This document shows, piece by piece, positions 36,623 to 46,186 of a stretch of DNA of 64,000 bases. The DNA comes from Myxococcota bacterium (lineage in GTDB: Bacteria; Myxococcota_A; UBA9160; JAFDDA01). A program made the position numbers and the translations under genes. The notes below the pieces were generated by a model. That model saw only the letters and a list, made by a program, of their open reading frames with translations. It was not told the DNA's origin and ran no database searches. How positions within the stretch are numbered: position 1 is the stretch's first letter; every line of letters begins with the position of its first letter. The DNA lies in the NCBI GenBank assembly GCA_965228475.1, contig OZ245817.1, positions 3,584,001 to 3,648,000 on the forward strand, written 5' to 3'.

Positions 36623-37201
36623 TCATTCCGCGCGCGGGTTCTTGCCGAACGCTTCGGCAGGAGCTTCGGCCAGGAGTTCCCGGATCTTCGCCTCGGTCAC
36701 GTCGTAGCGGCCCTCCCCCACCTGGACGTGGCGGATCCGGCCCTGGCGGTCGACGAGATACATCGTGGGCCAGGCCCAGTTCCGGTAGCGCTTCCACGTG
36801 GTGAAGTCGTTGTCGACGGCGATCGGGTAGCGGATCTCCTTGTCGGCGACGTACTCCCGGACGTTGGCGAGATCGCGCTCGAAGGAGAACTCGGGCGTAT
36901 GAACCGCGACGGTGACGAGCCCCTTCTCGGCGTAGCGATCGTGCCAGCGCACGAGATACGGCTCGACGTTCTGGCAGTTCCAGCACGCGAACGTCCAGAA
37001 CTCGACCAGCACGACCTTTCCGCGCAGCCCGGCCATGGTGAGCGGCTCGCTGTTGATCCACGCTTCGGCGTGGAACTCGGGGGCCGTCTTCGGGGGCTCC
37101 GGACGCGCCGCGAACAGGCTCCCGGCGAGCCCCCCGAGCAGCAGGGTCGCGAGGGCGAAGCTCACGGCCCGCGCACCCCACAGAGATGAAGCGTTTCCCA
37201 T
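36623..37201 (-). CDS. Exported redoxin/thioredoxin-like protein (DipZ C-terminal-like)
   Basis: WINSEPL, GKVVLVEFWTFACWNC, VHTPEF.FE, WP..YLVD. Confidence 0.88.
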   Translation of the reverse strand: MGNASSLWGARAVSFALATLLLGGLAGSLFAARPEPPKTAPEFHAEAWINSEPLTMAGLRGKVVLVEFWTFACWNCQNVEPYLVRWHDRYAEKGLVTVAVHTPEFSFERDLANVREYVADKEIRYPIAVDNDFTTWKRYRNWAWPTMYLVDRQGRIRHVQVGEGRYDVTEAKIRELLAEAPAEAFGKNPRAE

Positions 37202-37242
37202 GTTGGACCTCCCCCTCTAGAACGATCGCGGAGAGGCTTCGG

Positions 37243-37698
37243 TTACCGGCGCAGCAGGAAAGGCCGTTTCGTGCTCGAATCGAACCCCAGGGATTCATAG
37301 AAACGGTGGGCCTCGGGCCGATGCGCCCCGGACAGCAGCATGATCTTGTAACAGCCGCGCTCCCAGCAGGCGTCGATGAGGGCGTTCATGACCCGAGCCC
37401 CGTGGCCCTCGCGGCGGTGGGCGGCGTCGGTGACGACGTTCTCGACGACGGCGTAGGGGCGCGCGCGCCGAGTGAGATTCGGCGTGAAGCTCGCGTGGGC
37501 CGCCGCGAGCAGGCGCTCCCCGGCGAAGACGCCGAGGTGGAGCACCCAGGAGCTCGCGAGGATCTCCCGCCACGTCTCCTCGAGGCGCTTTCGCGAGGTC
37601 GCCGCGTCGTCTTCGTGGCGGAACTGCTCGTACAGCCGCAGGAGCTCGTCGAGGTCCTCGGCGCGAAGCGGCCGGACGTGGGTTTCGGTCTCCGACAC
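37243..37698 (-). CDS. GNAT acetyltransferase
   Basis: PNLTR..RPYA.VENVV, HRREGHG, GCYKIML, AHRFYE. Confidence 0.9.
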   Translation of the reverse strand: MSETETHVRPLRAEDLDELLRLYEQFRHEDDAATSRKRLEETWREILASSWVLHLGVFAGERLLAAAHASFTPNLTRRARPYAVVENVVTDAAHRREGHGARVMNALIDACWERGCYKIMLLSGAHRPEAHRFYESLGFDSSTKRPFLLRR

Positions 37699-37738
37699 GC
37701 CTCCGAGGATAGCGGGACGCCGGAATCGGAGCGGACCG

Positions 37739-38239
37739 CTAGCGGAGCCCCTCGGCCGCGATCTTGGCGATGGGCTCCACTTCCTCCTCGAAGACCAGCC
37801 GCCCGTCGTCGGCGACCTCGAGGGTCGTGTCGGGGTCCGGCCCCGCGCCCTCGGCCAGGGCCGGCGCCTCCTCCGGGCCGATCACGATCGACCCGCGGAA
37901 GTTCGAGCCGGGCTCGACGACGATGCCTGCGGTCGTGATGTCGCTGCGAACGCGCGCGCCCTTGTGGAGCGCGACGAGGGTCGTGGCGCTGATGTCGCCC
38001 TGGACCTCGCCGAGCACGACGACGACGTCCGCGAAGATCGAGGCGTCGACGGCGCCCGTCTCCCCGACGATCACGGTGCCGCGTGCACGGACCTCGCCTT
38101 CGATCTGCCCGTCGATGCGGACGCCGTTCTGGAACTGGAGCTGGCCGGCCAGCTGGCAGCCCTCTTCGATGAACGTCGCGCTCGGGGGAACTTCGGGCAG
38201 GGCGAGCGCACTCGCCCGCTTCGGTGCGAACCAGGACAT
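37739..38239 (-). CDS. Bactofilin (polymer-forming cytoskeletal protein)
   Basis: TFI..G..L.G.L, RIDG.IEG.V, V.VG..G.V.A.I beta-helix pattern; GGAGG RBS. Confidence 0.87.
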   Translation of the reverse strand: MSWFAPKRASALALPEVPPSATFIEEGCQLAGQLQFQNGVRIDGQIEGEVRARGTVIVGETGAVDASIFADVVVVLGEVQGDISATTLVALHKGARVRSDITTAGIVVEPGSNFRGSIVIGPEEAPALAEGAGPDPDTTLEVADDGRLVFEEEVEPIAKIAAEGLR

Positions 38240-38346
38240 GGGAACCTCCAGGGGTGCCTCCTCGGTCCGGATCGGACCTTCGGGCGCGGTTCCCAGTGCG
38301 CAGGCGCACAAAGCACGCTTCGGCCGCAGCGGGCTCGGCCCCGCTC

Positions 38347-38790
38347 TCAGGAGCGCGGGGCGATCTGGCGCCAGCGCGCGCGGGCGGTCGTCAGGACCTG
38401 CCCCTCGGCGTCGCGGATTTCGCCTCGGACGTAGACGTCACGGGCCTCGCGGCGCTCGAACTCGCCGATCACCACGATCGGAACGCCGGCCAGGACCGGC
38501 CTGCTGTAGCGGAGCTCGAAGTCGACGGTCACGATGTCGACCTCCTCGTCTTCGAAGGCCACGTGCCCGGCGACGCCCAGGACCTCGTCGAGCAGCGTGG
38601 CCTGGACGCCGCCATGCACGACGTTGGGCGCGCCGCACAGGTGTTCGGGCGCCTCGTAGCGGCACTCGACCCGGTTCTCGCCGGTCCGCGTGAAGGACAT
38701 CCGGAGCCCGCGCTCGTTCGCGTGGCCACAGCCGAAGCAGGTGCCGTCCGGCCCGTCGTTTTCCCAGGTTTCGCCGATCGCGATCTTCAT
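38347..38790 (-). CDS. PaaI family thioesterase
   Basis: CFGCG..N..GL, VHGG..ATLLDE. Confidence 0.88.
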   Translation of the reverse strand: MKIAIGETWENDGPDGTCFGCGHANERGLRMSFTRTGENRVECRYEAPEHLCGAPNVVHGGVQATLLDEVLGVAGHVAFEDEEVDIVTVDFELRYSRPVLAGVPIVVIGEFERREARDVYVRGEIRDAEGQVLTTARARWRQIAPRS

Positions 38791-38848
38791 GGGGCGGCAG
38801 GTTACCCTACGGCCGAGACGTTTGAGGTGCGCGCCCGGAGGAACGTTC

Positions 38849-39130
38849 ATGAAGGCGGTCTGGAATGGCCAGGTCATCGCGGAGAGCGACGCCACGCGCG
38901 TCGTCGAGGGAAACCACTACTTCCCGCCGGACTCGCTCCGCCGCGAGTTCTTCCGCGACAGCCCCGAAACGAGCTACTGCGGCTGGAAGGGCACGGCCTC
39001 GTACTACGACGTCGTCGTCGACGGCGAGGCGAACCCGGGCGCGGCCTGGACCTACCGCGAGCCCATGGAGGCGGCCGAAGAGATCCGGGACTACGTGGCG
39101 TTCTGGCGCCGGATCGAGGTCGCGGAATAG
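38849..39130 (+). CDS. DUF427 domain protein
   Basis: MKAVWNG.VIAESD, VEGNHYFP, CGWKG.ASYY, AAW.Y..P, VAFW. Confidence 0.9.
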   Translation: MKAVWNGQVIAESDATRVVEGNHYFPPDSLRREFFRDSPETSYCGWKGTASYYDVVVDGEANPGAAWTYREPMEAAEEIRDYVAFWRRIEVAE

Positions 39131-39194
39131 TCAGGCCGAAGCCCTAACATGGAACCACGAGTCCGCCGATGCAGAGGCAGTCTCCGACTTTTTC

Positions 39195-39617
39195 GTGAGG
39201 GTCCATTTGTCGTCTTCCCATCCCCTGATACGGGGCCTGGTTGCCGCCGGCTTCCTGGTGCTCTTCGGCGGCCTGTCGACCGCCGCGCCCGCGCTCCTCG
39301 CCGCCGAGCCGGCTGCCGACGCCCGAGCCGACTCCGACGCCGACGCCGAGGACGCGCCGGCCAGCTGGAGCGACCGCCTCAAGGAGGCGAGCGACCGCAT
39401 CGCCCGAGCGCGGCTGCGGGCGAGCAAGGCCGAGGGCGCCTACTCGCGCGCACGACACGACGGGTATCCGCGCGGCGATGCGCTCGGGCAGATCAAGAAG
39501 GAATGGGACGCCGCGGCCGAAGAGCTTCGCGCCGCGCGCGAGGCGCTTCCGGAGCTCGTCGAGGAAGCGCGCCAGGCCGGCGCCGAGGCCTCGGTGCTCC
39601 GCCCCTACGACGGCTGA
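39195..39617 (+). CDS. Hypothetical exported helical protein
   Basis: Signal-peptide-like N-terminus, host-like codon bias; start codon uncertain. Confidence 0.6.
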   Translation: MRVHLSSSHPLIRGLVAAGFLVLFGGLSTAAPALLAAEPAADARADSDADAEDAPASWSDRLKEASDRIARARLRASKAEGAYSRARHDGYPRGDALGQIKKEWDAAAEELRAAREALPELVEEARQAGAEASVLRPYDG

Positions 39618-40273
39618 CCCGGCGCGGGCATCAGCTCCCCGGCGAGGGTCCGCTTCAACAGCGCGATCTCCCGGTCGGCCGACACGAGCGGCCGCTCGCC
39701 CTGGAGCATCTCGTTCGTCGCGAGCCCCGAGAGCATCGCGATCACCGCGCGCTCGAGGGCGTGCCGCTCGGCTCGCGCGAGTGGTGAATCGTGGAAGATG
39801 CGCGTCCACAGGGCGTCGACCGCCGCGAGCATCTGGGCCGGGATGGCCGCAGTGCGGGCCTGATTCGAGGGGTTCGGCGCCGCCCGCACCGTGCCGAGCA
39901 GGATCTCGAAGTTCGCGCGGTAGACGGGGCTCCGGAAGTGCGACCAGGCCCGGTCGACCAACTCCCCGACCCGCTCTTCGAGGCCCGAGGCCTCGTCCGG
40001 AAGGTCCGCCAGCCGGCGGGCGAAGCGATCGAATCCCTCCTCGAGCACCGCGGCCAGGAGCTCCTCCTTGTCGCCGAAGTGATGCTGCACCGCACCCCAG
40101 GTGACTTCGGCGCGGCGGGCGATCTCGTTCGCCGAGGCCCGCGCGAGGCCGAGCTCGGCGATGGCCGCGATGGCCGCGTCGAGGATCCGGGCCCGGGTCT
40201 CGGCGCGCTGCTCGGCCCGCGGGCGGCGGGCCCGGGAGCGGCGACGGGGGACGCGGAGAGCGGGCTCGGACAC
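39605..40273 (-). CDS. TetR/AcrR family regulator
   Basis: TRARILDAA, IARRAEVTWGAVQHHFGDK. Confidence 0.9.
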   Translation of the reverse strand: MSEPALRVPRRRSRARRPRAEQRAETRARILDAAIAAIAELGLARASANEIARRAEVTWGAVQHHFGDKEELLAAVLEEGFDRFARRLADLPDEASGLEERVGELVDRAWSHFRSPVYRANFEILLGTVRAAPNPSNQARTAAIPAQMLAAVDALWTRIFHDSPLARAERHALERAVIAMLSGLATNEMLQGERPLVSADREIALLKRTLAGELMPAPGQPS

Positions 40274-40305
40274 GGTGACTCCCGGCAAGGATTCGGAATC
40301 ACTAC

Positions 40306-40338
40306 CACATTTCACATTGCATGCAAAATGTCAATGTG
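40306..40338. promoter_or_regulatory. Operator between divergent tetR and P450 genes
   Basis: ACATT-N8-AATGT (40314-40331) overlapping palindrome TTGCATGCAA, flanked by CACATT/AATGTG. Confidence 0.65.
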
Positions 40339-40373
40339 CTTCCCTGGCCTCTGCGGTTCCGGAGGTCCCCCGC

Positions 40374-41561
40374 GTGCCCGAGCCCCTCGAATTCAACCCT
40401 TACGATTGGGCCGTCCACGAGGACCCCTACCCGATCTACCGGCGGCTCCGGGACGAAGCGCCCTGCTACCGCAACGAGGCCCTCGGCTTCTACGCGCTCT
40501 CGCGCCACGCGGACGTCCTGGCCGCCTTCCAGGACAGCGAACGGCTGAGCTCCCGGGAGGGGGTCGCCCTCGAGAGCGTGGAGAACGCCGACCGGGTGAT
40601 GTCGTTCCTCGCGATGGACCCTCCGCGGCAGACGCGCCTGCGAGCGCTCGTCTCGCGCGGCTTCACGCCACGCCGCGTCGCGCAGCTCGAGGGCCCGATC
40701 CGGGAGCTCGCGCGGACCTACCTCGACCGCATGGCCGCGGCCGGGCCCCGGAGCGATTGGATCGCCGACTTCGCGGGCCGGCTCCCCATGGACGTCGTGA
40801 GCGAGATGCTCGGTGTCCCGCCCGAGGACCGGGACGAACTCCGGGGGTGGGCCGACGACGTCGTCCATCGCGAGGAAGGCGACTCGGCGGTCCCGCCGAC
40901 GGCGGCGGCGGCCTCGATCCGCCTCCTCCAGTACTTCGGCGAACACGTCGCGCGGCGCCGCGCGCGGCCCGGTGACGACCTGACGGACGCGCTCATCCGG
41001 GCGGAGATCGACGGCGATCGGCTCGAAGACCGCGACATCATCGCCTTCCTCTTCCTGATGATCATCGCGGGGAACGAGACCACGACGAAGCTGCTCGGCA
41101 ACGCCCTCGTCCACCTGGCGCGCCACCCGGGCGAGCGCGCGCGGGTCGTCGCGGATCCGGGATTGATCGCGGGCTGGGCGGAGGAGACGCTCCGCTTCGA
41201 CGCCTCCTCCCAGCTGATCGCACGCGTGGCCACGCGCGACGCCGAGTGGCACGGGGTCGTGATCCCCGCCGGCGCCAAGGTCGCGCTGTTGATCGGGGCG
41301 GCGAACCGCGACGAGCGCGCCTTCGAGGCGCCGGACCGCTACGACGTCGGGCGCGACTGCAAGGAGAGCATGGCCTTCGGCCGCGGCATCCACTTCTGCC
41401 TCGGCGCGGCGCTGGCCCGCCTCGAGGCGCGCGTCTCGCTCGAGGAGTTCATGGGGCGCTTCCCGGACTACGAGGTCAACGAGCCGGGCCTCGTGCGGAT
41501 CCACAGCGGGAACGTGCGCGGCTTCGCCGAGATCCCGCTCGTGCTCTCCCCGGGCGCGTAG
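40374..41561 (+). CDS. Cytochrome P450
   Basis: AGNETT, EETLR, FGRGIHFCLG; GGAGG RBS. Confidence 0.95.
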   Translation: MPEPLEFNPYDWAVHEDPYPIYRRLRDEAPCYRNEALGFYALSRHADVLAAFQDSERLSSREGVALESVENADRVMSFLAMDPPRQTRLRALVSRGFTPRRVAQLEGPIRELARTYLDRMAAAGPRSDWIADFAGRLPMDVVSEMLGVPPEDRDELRGWADDVVHREEGDSAVPPTAAAASIRLLQYFGEHVARRRARPGDDLTDALIRAEIDGDRLEDRDIIAFLFLMIIAGNETTTKLLGNALVHLARHPGERARVVADPGLIAGWAEETLRFDASSQLIARVATRDAEWHGVVIPAGAKVALLIGAANRDERAFEAPDRYDVGRDCKESMAFGRGIHFCLGAALARLEARVSLEEFMGRFPDYEVNEPGLVRIHSGNVRGFAEIPLVLSPGA

Positions 41562-41572
41562 CGCGCCGGGAC

Positions 41573-42037
41573 CTACTCCGGAATCTGGAGCGCCTCGGGC
41601 AGGCCGCCGTCCATGAAGGCGGTCTCCTCGATGCGCTCGGCGATGCGCCAGCCGTCGTCGGTCCACACGAGCTTGTCGTTGTAGAACGCGCCGACCGTGA
41701 AGATGTGGATCGAGCCGTCCGGGTTGTTGAACGTCATCGGGTTGTGCACGTAGGTGCGGGCGGTCGCGCGGTCGCCGTCGATCTGGACGATCGAGTTCGC
41801 CAGGGCGTGGACCGTCACCGGGAACGGCGCGAGGGCCTGCTCGAGCCAGGCGCGGACCTTCGGGTAGTCGCCGGCCACGCCGCCGGCGCTCGTGTAGTCC
41901 ACGTGGGCATCGGGGGTGAAGCAGGTATCGAGCAGCGCCCAATCCTTGGTGTCGATCGCCGTCGTGTAGCGGATCAGCAGATCGTTGATCTGGATCCGGT
42001 CCGAGATCTCGCGGTTCGAAAGTTCGCGTGTGGCCAT
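41573..42037 (-). CDS. SnoaL/NTF2-like protein
   Basis: DR..I.DL..RY..AID.KDW, FTPDA, GWRI; AAGGAG RBS. Confidence 0.88.
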   Translation of the reverse strand: MATRELSNREISDRIQINDLLIRYTTAIDTKDWALLDTCFTPDAHVDYTSAGGVAGDYPKVRAWLEQALAPFPVTVHALANSIVQIDGDRATARTYVHNPMTFNNPDGSIHIFTVGAFYNDKLVWTDDGWRIAERIEETAFMDGGLPEALQIPE

Positions 42038-42051
42038 GACGTCTCCTTGTT

Positions 42052-43566
42052 TCAGATCTTGCGTTCGCGGCCCTGCCAATAAGGGTCGCGCAGTTTGCGG
42101 GTGTAGAGCTTGCCGGAATCGTGCCGGGGCAGCCTCTCCTCGAAGTCGATCGAACGCGGCACCTTGTACCGGGCGAGCCGCTCCCGGCCGAAACCGAGGA
42201 TCTCCTCCGCCAGGCCCTCCCCTGGCGCGTGGCCCGGGCGCAGCTCGACGGCGGCCTTCACGGACTCGCCCCATTCGTCGTCGGGTACCCCGAAGACCGC
42301 GACGTCCGCCACGGCCGGGTGCTCCTGGAGGACCTGCTCCACCTCGGCCGGGTAGATGTTCACGCCGCCCGAGATGATCATGTGCGACTTCCTGTCGGCG
42401 AGGTAGACCCAGCCCTCCGCGTCGACGGAGCCGACGTCGCCGATGGTGAACAGATGCGGTTCCGGGTGGGCCTCGGCGGTCTTCTCGGGCGCGCCGTGGT
42501 ACTCGAACACCTGCGCGATCCGCTCGTGGCGGCAGTAGAGAGCGCCGGTCTCGCCGGGAGGGAGCCGGTGGCCGGCGTCGTCGCGGGCGAACACGTCGAA
42601 GCCGGGCAGCACGCGGCCGACCGTCCCCGGGTGGTCCAGCCACTCCTCGGAGGTCGCGAGCGAGTTCACCCCGCCCTCGGTCGCCCCCCAGTACTCGAGC
42701 AGCACCGGCCCGAACCACTCGATCATCCGCTGCTTCACGGGGACCGAGACCGGGGCCGCGCCGTGCATGACGAGCCGGAGCTTCGGCGCCCGGAACGCCG
42801 CGCGCTCCGCCTCGGGCAGACGCAGCAGCCGGACGAACATGGTCGGCACCATGTGCGTGTGGACGATCTCGCGCTCCGTGAGCGTGCGCAGCGCCGTCCG
42901 CTCGTCCCAGCGCCGGAGGATCACGATCGGTGCGCCGTTCGCCTGGTCGTAGAGGGCGAAGAGCAGCGGCGCGGCGTGATACATGGGCCCGGTGATGAGA
43001 TGCGGGCCGCTCCCGTCGAGGCCGTAGGCGCGACCCATCTCGCACTGGTACGCGAGCGCTTCGCCGAGGGTCGGTTTGCGCGCACGCTTCACGCCCTTGG
43101 GGCGTCCCGTCGTTCCGCTCGTGTAGATCATCGTGCCGCCGGGCGGGCCGGCGAGGTCGATGGGCTCGCTCGAGGCTGCGTCGAGCGCCGCCTCGTACGC
43201 GTCGCCAACCGTCACCACGCGCGGCGCCCCCGCGGCGCGGACGGTCTCCGCGTGGGCCTCGTCCGCGAAGACGACCTTCGCTCCCGAGTCTTCGACGATG
43301 TAGGCGATCTCGTCCTTCGCGAGGTGCCAGTTGATCGGCGTCAGCCAGACGCCGGCCAGGATCGCGCCGACGACGATCTCGACGTACTCGCTGCGATTCT
43401 CCATCAGGACCGCGGCGTGCTGCCCCGGCGCGAGGCCCGCCTCGTCGCGCAGGAAGTGTGCGACGCGCGTGCTGCGCTCGACGAGCTCGGCGAAGGTCCG
43501 CTGCGTCTCGCCATCGTCCACGGCCACGACGTCCGGCCGCGCTCTCGCCTGATCGAGGAGCGTCAC
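42052..43566 (-). CDS. Acyl-CoA synthetase (AMP-binding)
   Basis: YTSGTTGRPKG, YWGATEG, DRKSHMIISGGVNIYPAEVE, GKL. Confidence 0.93.
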   Translation of the reverse strand: MTLLDQARARPDVVAVDDGETQRTFAELVERSTRVAHFLRDEAGLAPGQHAAVLMENRSEYVEIVVGAILAGVWLTPINWHLAKDEIAYIVEDSGAKVVFADEAHAETVRAAGAPRVVTVGDAYEAALDAASSEPIDLAGPPGGTMIYTSGTTGRPKGVKRARKPTLGEALAYQCEMGRAYGLDGSGPHLITGPMYHAAPLLFALYDQANGAPIVILRRWDERTALRTLTEREIVHTHMVPTMFVRLLRLPEAERAAFRAPKLRLVMHGAAPVSVPVKQRMIEWFGPVLLEYWGATEGGVNSLATSEEWLDHPGTVGRVLPGFDVFARDDAGHRLPPGETGALYCRHERIAQVFEYHGAPEKTAEAHPEPHLFTIGDVGSVDAEGWVYLADRKSHMIISGGVNIYPAEVEQVLQEHPAVADVAVFGVPDDEWGESVKAAVELRPGHAPGEGLAEEILGFGRERLARYKVPRSIDFEERLPRHDSGKLYTRKLRDPYWQGRERKI

Positions 43567-45014
43567 GGGAGCCGCGCCTCGCGCAGCGCGGAGCGCCGGA
43601 CCTTGCCCGCGTCGTCGCGCAGGGGCGTATCCACGAACTCGAAGGTCCGGGGCTGCTTGAAGCGGACGAGGCGCTCGGCGAGGTGTTCGCGCAGCGCGTC
43701 CTCTCCGAGCGAAGCGCCCGCGGTGTCGACGATGGCATGGATGCGTTGGCCCAGGTCTTCGTCCGGCAGCCCGACGACGGCGCTGCTGCGGACGTCCGGA
43801 TGCTCGTCGAGCACGGCTTCGACCTCGGCCGGGAAGACGTTGGCGCCGCCCGTCACGATCATGTCGGTCTTGCGGTCGACGAGGTAGAGGTAGCCGTCTT
43901 CGTCGAAGTACCCCATGTCGCCGAGGGTTTCCCAGCCGCCGGCATCCGCGCGCGCCTCGGCCCCGATGTAGAAGTAGGTCGAGCCCTGCCCGCCCTCGGG
44001 CATCATGAAGAGCTCACCGGTCTCGCGCGGCGCGCAGACGGAACCGTCCGGCCGCCGCACCTCGATCTTCCGCCCGGGCGGCGGCTTCCCGACCGAGCCG
44101 GGGTGCTCGAGCCACTCGGTCCCGGAGATCATGCACCCGGCGATGCGCTCGCTCCCACCGTAGGCCTCCCAGATCTTCTCGGGTCCGAGCCAGCCGATCC
44201 ACGCGCGCTTCAACCAGTCCGGACTCGGCGCACCGGTGCACATCACGCGCTCGAGGGAGGAGACGTCGTAGCGCGAGCGAACGTCCTCCGGCAGGCGCCA
44301 GATCCGCTGCATCATCGTCGGCACGAAGAGCGCCCAGTCCACCCGGAGGCGCTCGACCCAAGACAGGCACTCCTCGGCGTCGAAGCGCGAGACGAGCACC
44401 GCGCGTCCGCCGCACAGGATCTGCTGCCACGAGGTGATGAAAGGGCCGGCGTGGTAGAGGGGCCCGGGCGCGAGGGTCGTGCCGTCGGCGCGCATGGCGT
44501 TGGGAACCGCCTCCGGGTCGCACAGCGCGGGGGTCTTCTCGACGATCAGCTTCGGACGGCCCGTGCTTCCGCCCGAGGTCATCGCGCGCACGTAGGGAGC
44601 GACCCGGTCGGGCAGCGGCGCGTCGCCGTCTTCCGCACCGGGCTCGAAGCCCGGCGGCACGCAGGGGTGCGCGCCGTAGGACCCGGCTTCGGCCCCGACG
44701 AGCAGCGCCGGCTCGGCGAGGTCGACGATCGCGCGCCGCTCGGCCTCCGGCAGCCGCGCGGAGACCGGATTCGGCGTGGCGCCGAGCTTCCAGGCCGCGA
44801 GACACGCCTCCATGAACTCGATCCCGTTCGGGAGCGCCACGGTGACGAGGTCGCCTTCCCCGACGCCGAGCCGCGCGTAGGCTCGCGCCAGGCGGTTGGT
44901 TCGACGCTCGAGGGCCCCATGGCTGACGTGCCGGCCCTCGAAGACGATGGCGTCGGCGTCCGGGGCGCGTTCGGCGTGCCAGGCGACGGCGCGCCCGTGG
45001 GAGAGTTGGGGCAT
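43563..45014 (-). CDS. Acyl-CoA synthetase (AMP-binding, bile-acid-CoA-ligase-like)
   Basis: TSGGSTGRPK, YGGSE, DRKTDMIVTGGANVFPAEVE, PLRDDAGKVRR. Confidence 0.92.
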   Translation of the reverse strand: MPQLSHGRAVAWHAERAPDADAIVFEGRHVSHGALERRTNRLARAYARLGVGEGDLVTVALPNGIEFMEACLAAWKLGATPNPVSARLPEAERRAIVDLAEPALLVGAEAGSYGAHPCVPPGFEPGAEDGDAPLPDRVAPYVRAMTSGGSTGRPKLIVEKTPALCDPEAVPNAMRADGTTLAPGPLYHAGPFITSWQQILCGGRAVLVSRFDAEECLSWVERLRVDWALFVPTMMQRIWRLPEDVRSRYDVSSLERVMCTGAPSPDWLKRAWIGWLGPEKIWEAYGGSERIAGCMISGTEWLEHPGSVGKPPPGRKIEVRRPDGSVCAPRETGELFMMPEGGQGSTYFYIGAEARADAGGWETLGDMGYFDEDGYLYLVDRKTDMIVTGGANVFPAEVEAVLDEHPDVRSSAVVGLPDEDLGQRIHAIVDTAGASLGEDALREHLAERLVRFKQPRTFEFVDTPLRDDAGKVRRSALREARLP

Positions 45015-45156
45015 GGGTTCCGGGGCGTTGGAATTTACGAGACGCAGCGTATAGTAATTGACCGCGTCCCGGCAAGCGGCGATCCGAGCCCCCGGGGCCC
45101 TTCCGGCTGCCGAACCCGGAGCCGGCGCGCGAGGGCTTGAGCTAGCCTGCCGCCCC

Positions 45157-46164
45157 ATGGCAAGCGTCCTCGACAACTGGTCCGAAGTCCTCCGCACCCA
45201 GAACCTCTCCGACGAGAAGGAGATGGACTTCGTCTCCCGCTGGCTGCTGATCATCCGCGCGAGCGTCTTCCCGATGACGCTGACGTCCGCGGCGATCGGC
45301 GGACTCCTCGCCTGGTCGGACCCGGCCGTCACGAGCGCGAGCACGACGAACTTCCTGCTCGCGACCCTCGGGCTCGTGCTGGCTCACGCCGCCAACAACA
45401 TGATCAACGACTACTTCGACACCGAAGGCGGCGTCGACACGCAGGGCTACGTGCGCACCGAGTACGCGCCGCACCCGATCTTCTCCGGGCTGATCTCGAA
45501 GGGCGGCCTCGTCGCCGCCATCGTCGCCGTGAACCTCGTCGACCTCGCCATCCTCGTGTACTTCGTGCGCGAGCTCGGCATGGGCGTCGCGTACTTCGCG
45601 CTGGCGGGCTTCTTCGTCTCGGTCTTCTACGTGGCCCCGCCCTTCAAGCTGAAGCACCGCGGTCTCGGCGAGCCGGGCGTCGCGATCGTCTGGGGCCCGC
45701 TCATGGTCGGCGGCACCTACTACGTGACGGCGGGCTCCTTCGCGCCCTGGGTGCTCATCGCGAGCATCCCCTACGCCCTGCTCGTGACGACCGTCCTGAT
45801 CGGGAAGCACTGCGACAAGTACGACGCGGACTCCGCCAAGGGCATCCGCACCCTGCCGGTGATCCTCGGCAAGGAGCGGTCGCTCTTCCTGAACCAGTTC
45901 CTGATGTGGACCTTCATGGTCGTGGTGACCTGCCTCGTGGTGCTCGGCCACCTGCCGGTCTTCACCCTGGCGGTCTGGATCGCGACGCCGCGCATGCTCG
46001 CGGTCTCGAAGATCTTCGACGAACCCCGCCCGAGCGAGAAGCCCGCGAACTTCCCGATCTGGCCGCTCTGGTACGTCGCCTGGGCCTTCGTCTTCACGCG
46101 CTTCGCCGGCGGCCTGTTCATCGCGGGCCTGCTGCTCGGCGCGTTCTTCCCGGTGTACCTCTAG
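45157..46164 (+). CDS. UbiA-family prenyltransferase (MenA-like)
   Basis: ANNMINDYFD...GVD, Y..PP..LK.RGLGE, D....D...G.RTL, multiple TM segments. Confidence 0.85.
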   Translation: MASVLDNWSEVLRTQNLSDEKEMDFVSRWLLIIRASVFPMTLTSAAIGGLLAWSDPAVTSASTTNFLLATLGLVLAHAANNMINDYFDTEGGVDTQGYVRTEYAPHPIFSGLISKGGLVAAIVAVNLVDLAILVYFVRELGMGVAYFALAGFFVSVFYVAPPFKLKHRGLGEPGVAIVWGPLMVGGTYYVTAGSFAPWVLIASIPYALLVTTVLIGKHCDKYDADSAKGIRTLPVILGKERSLFLNQFLMWTFMVVVTCLVVLGHLPVFTLAVWIATPRMLAVSKIFDEPRPSEKPANFPIWPLWYVAWAFVFTRFAGGLFIAGLLLGAFFPVYL

Positions 46165-46186
46165 GCGCGCGACGGTCCAGGCGCGC

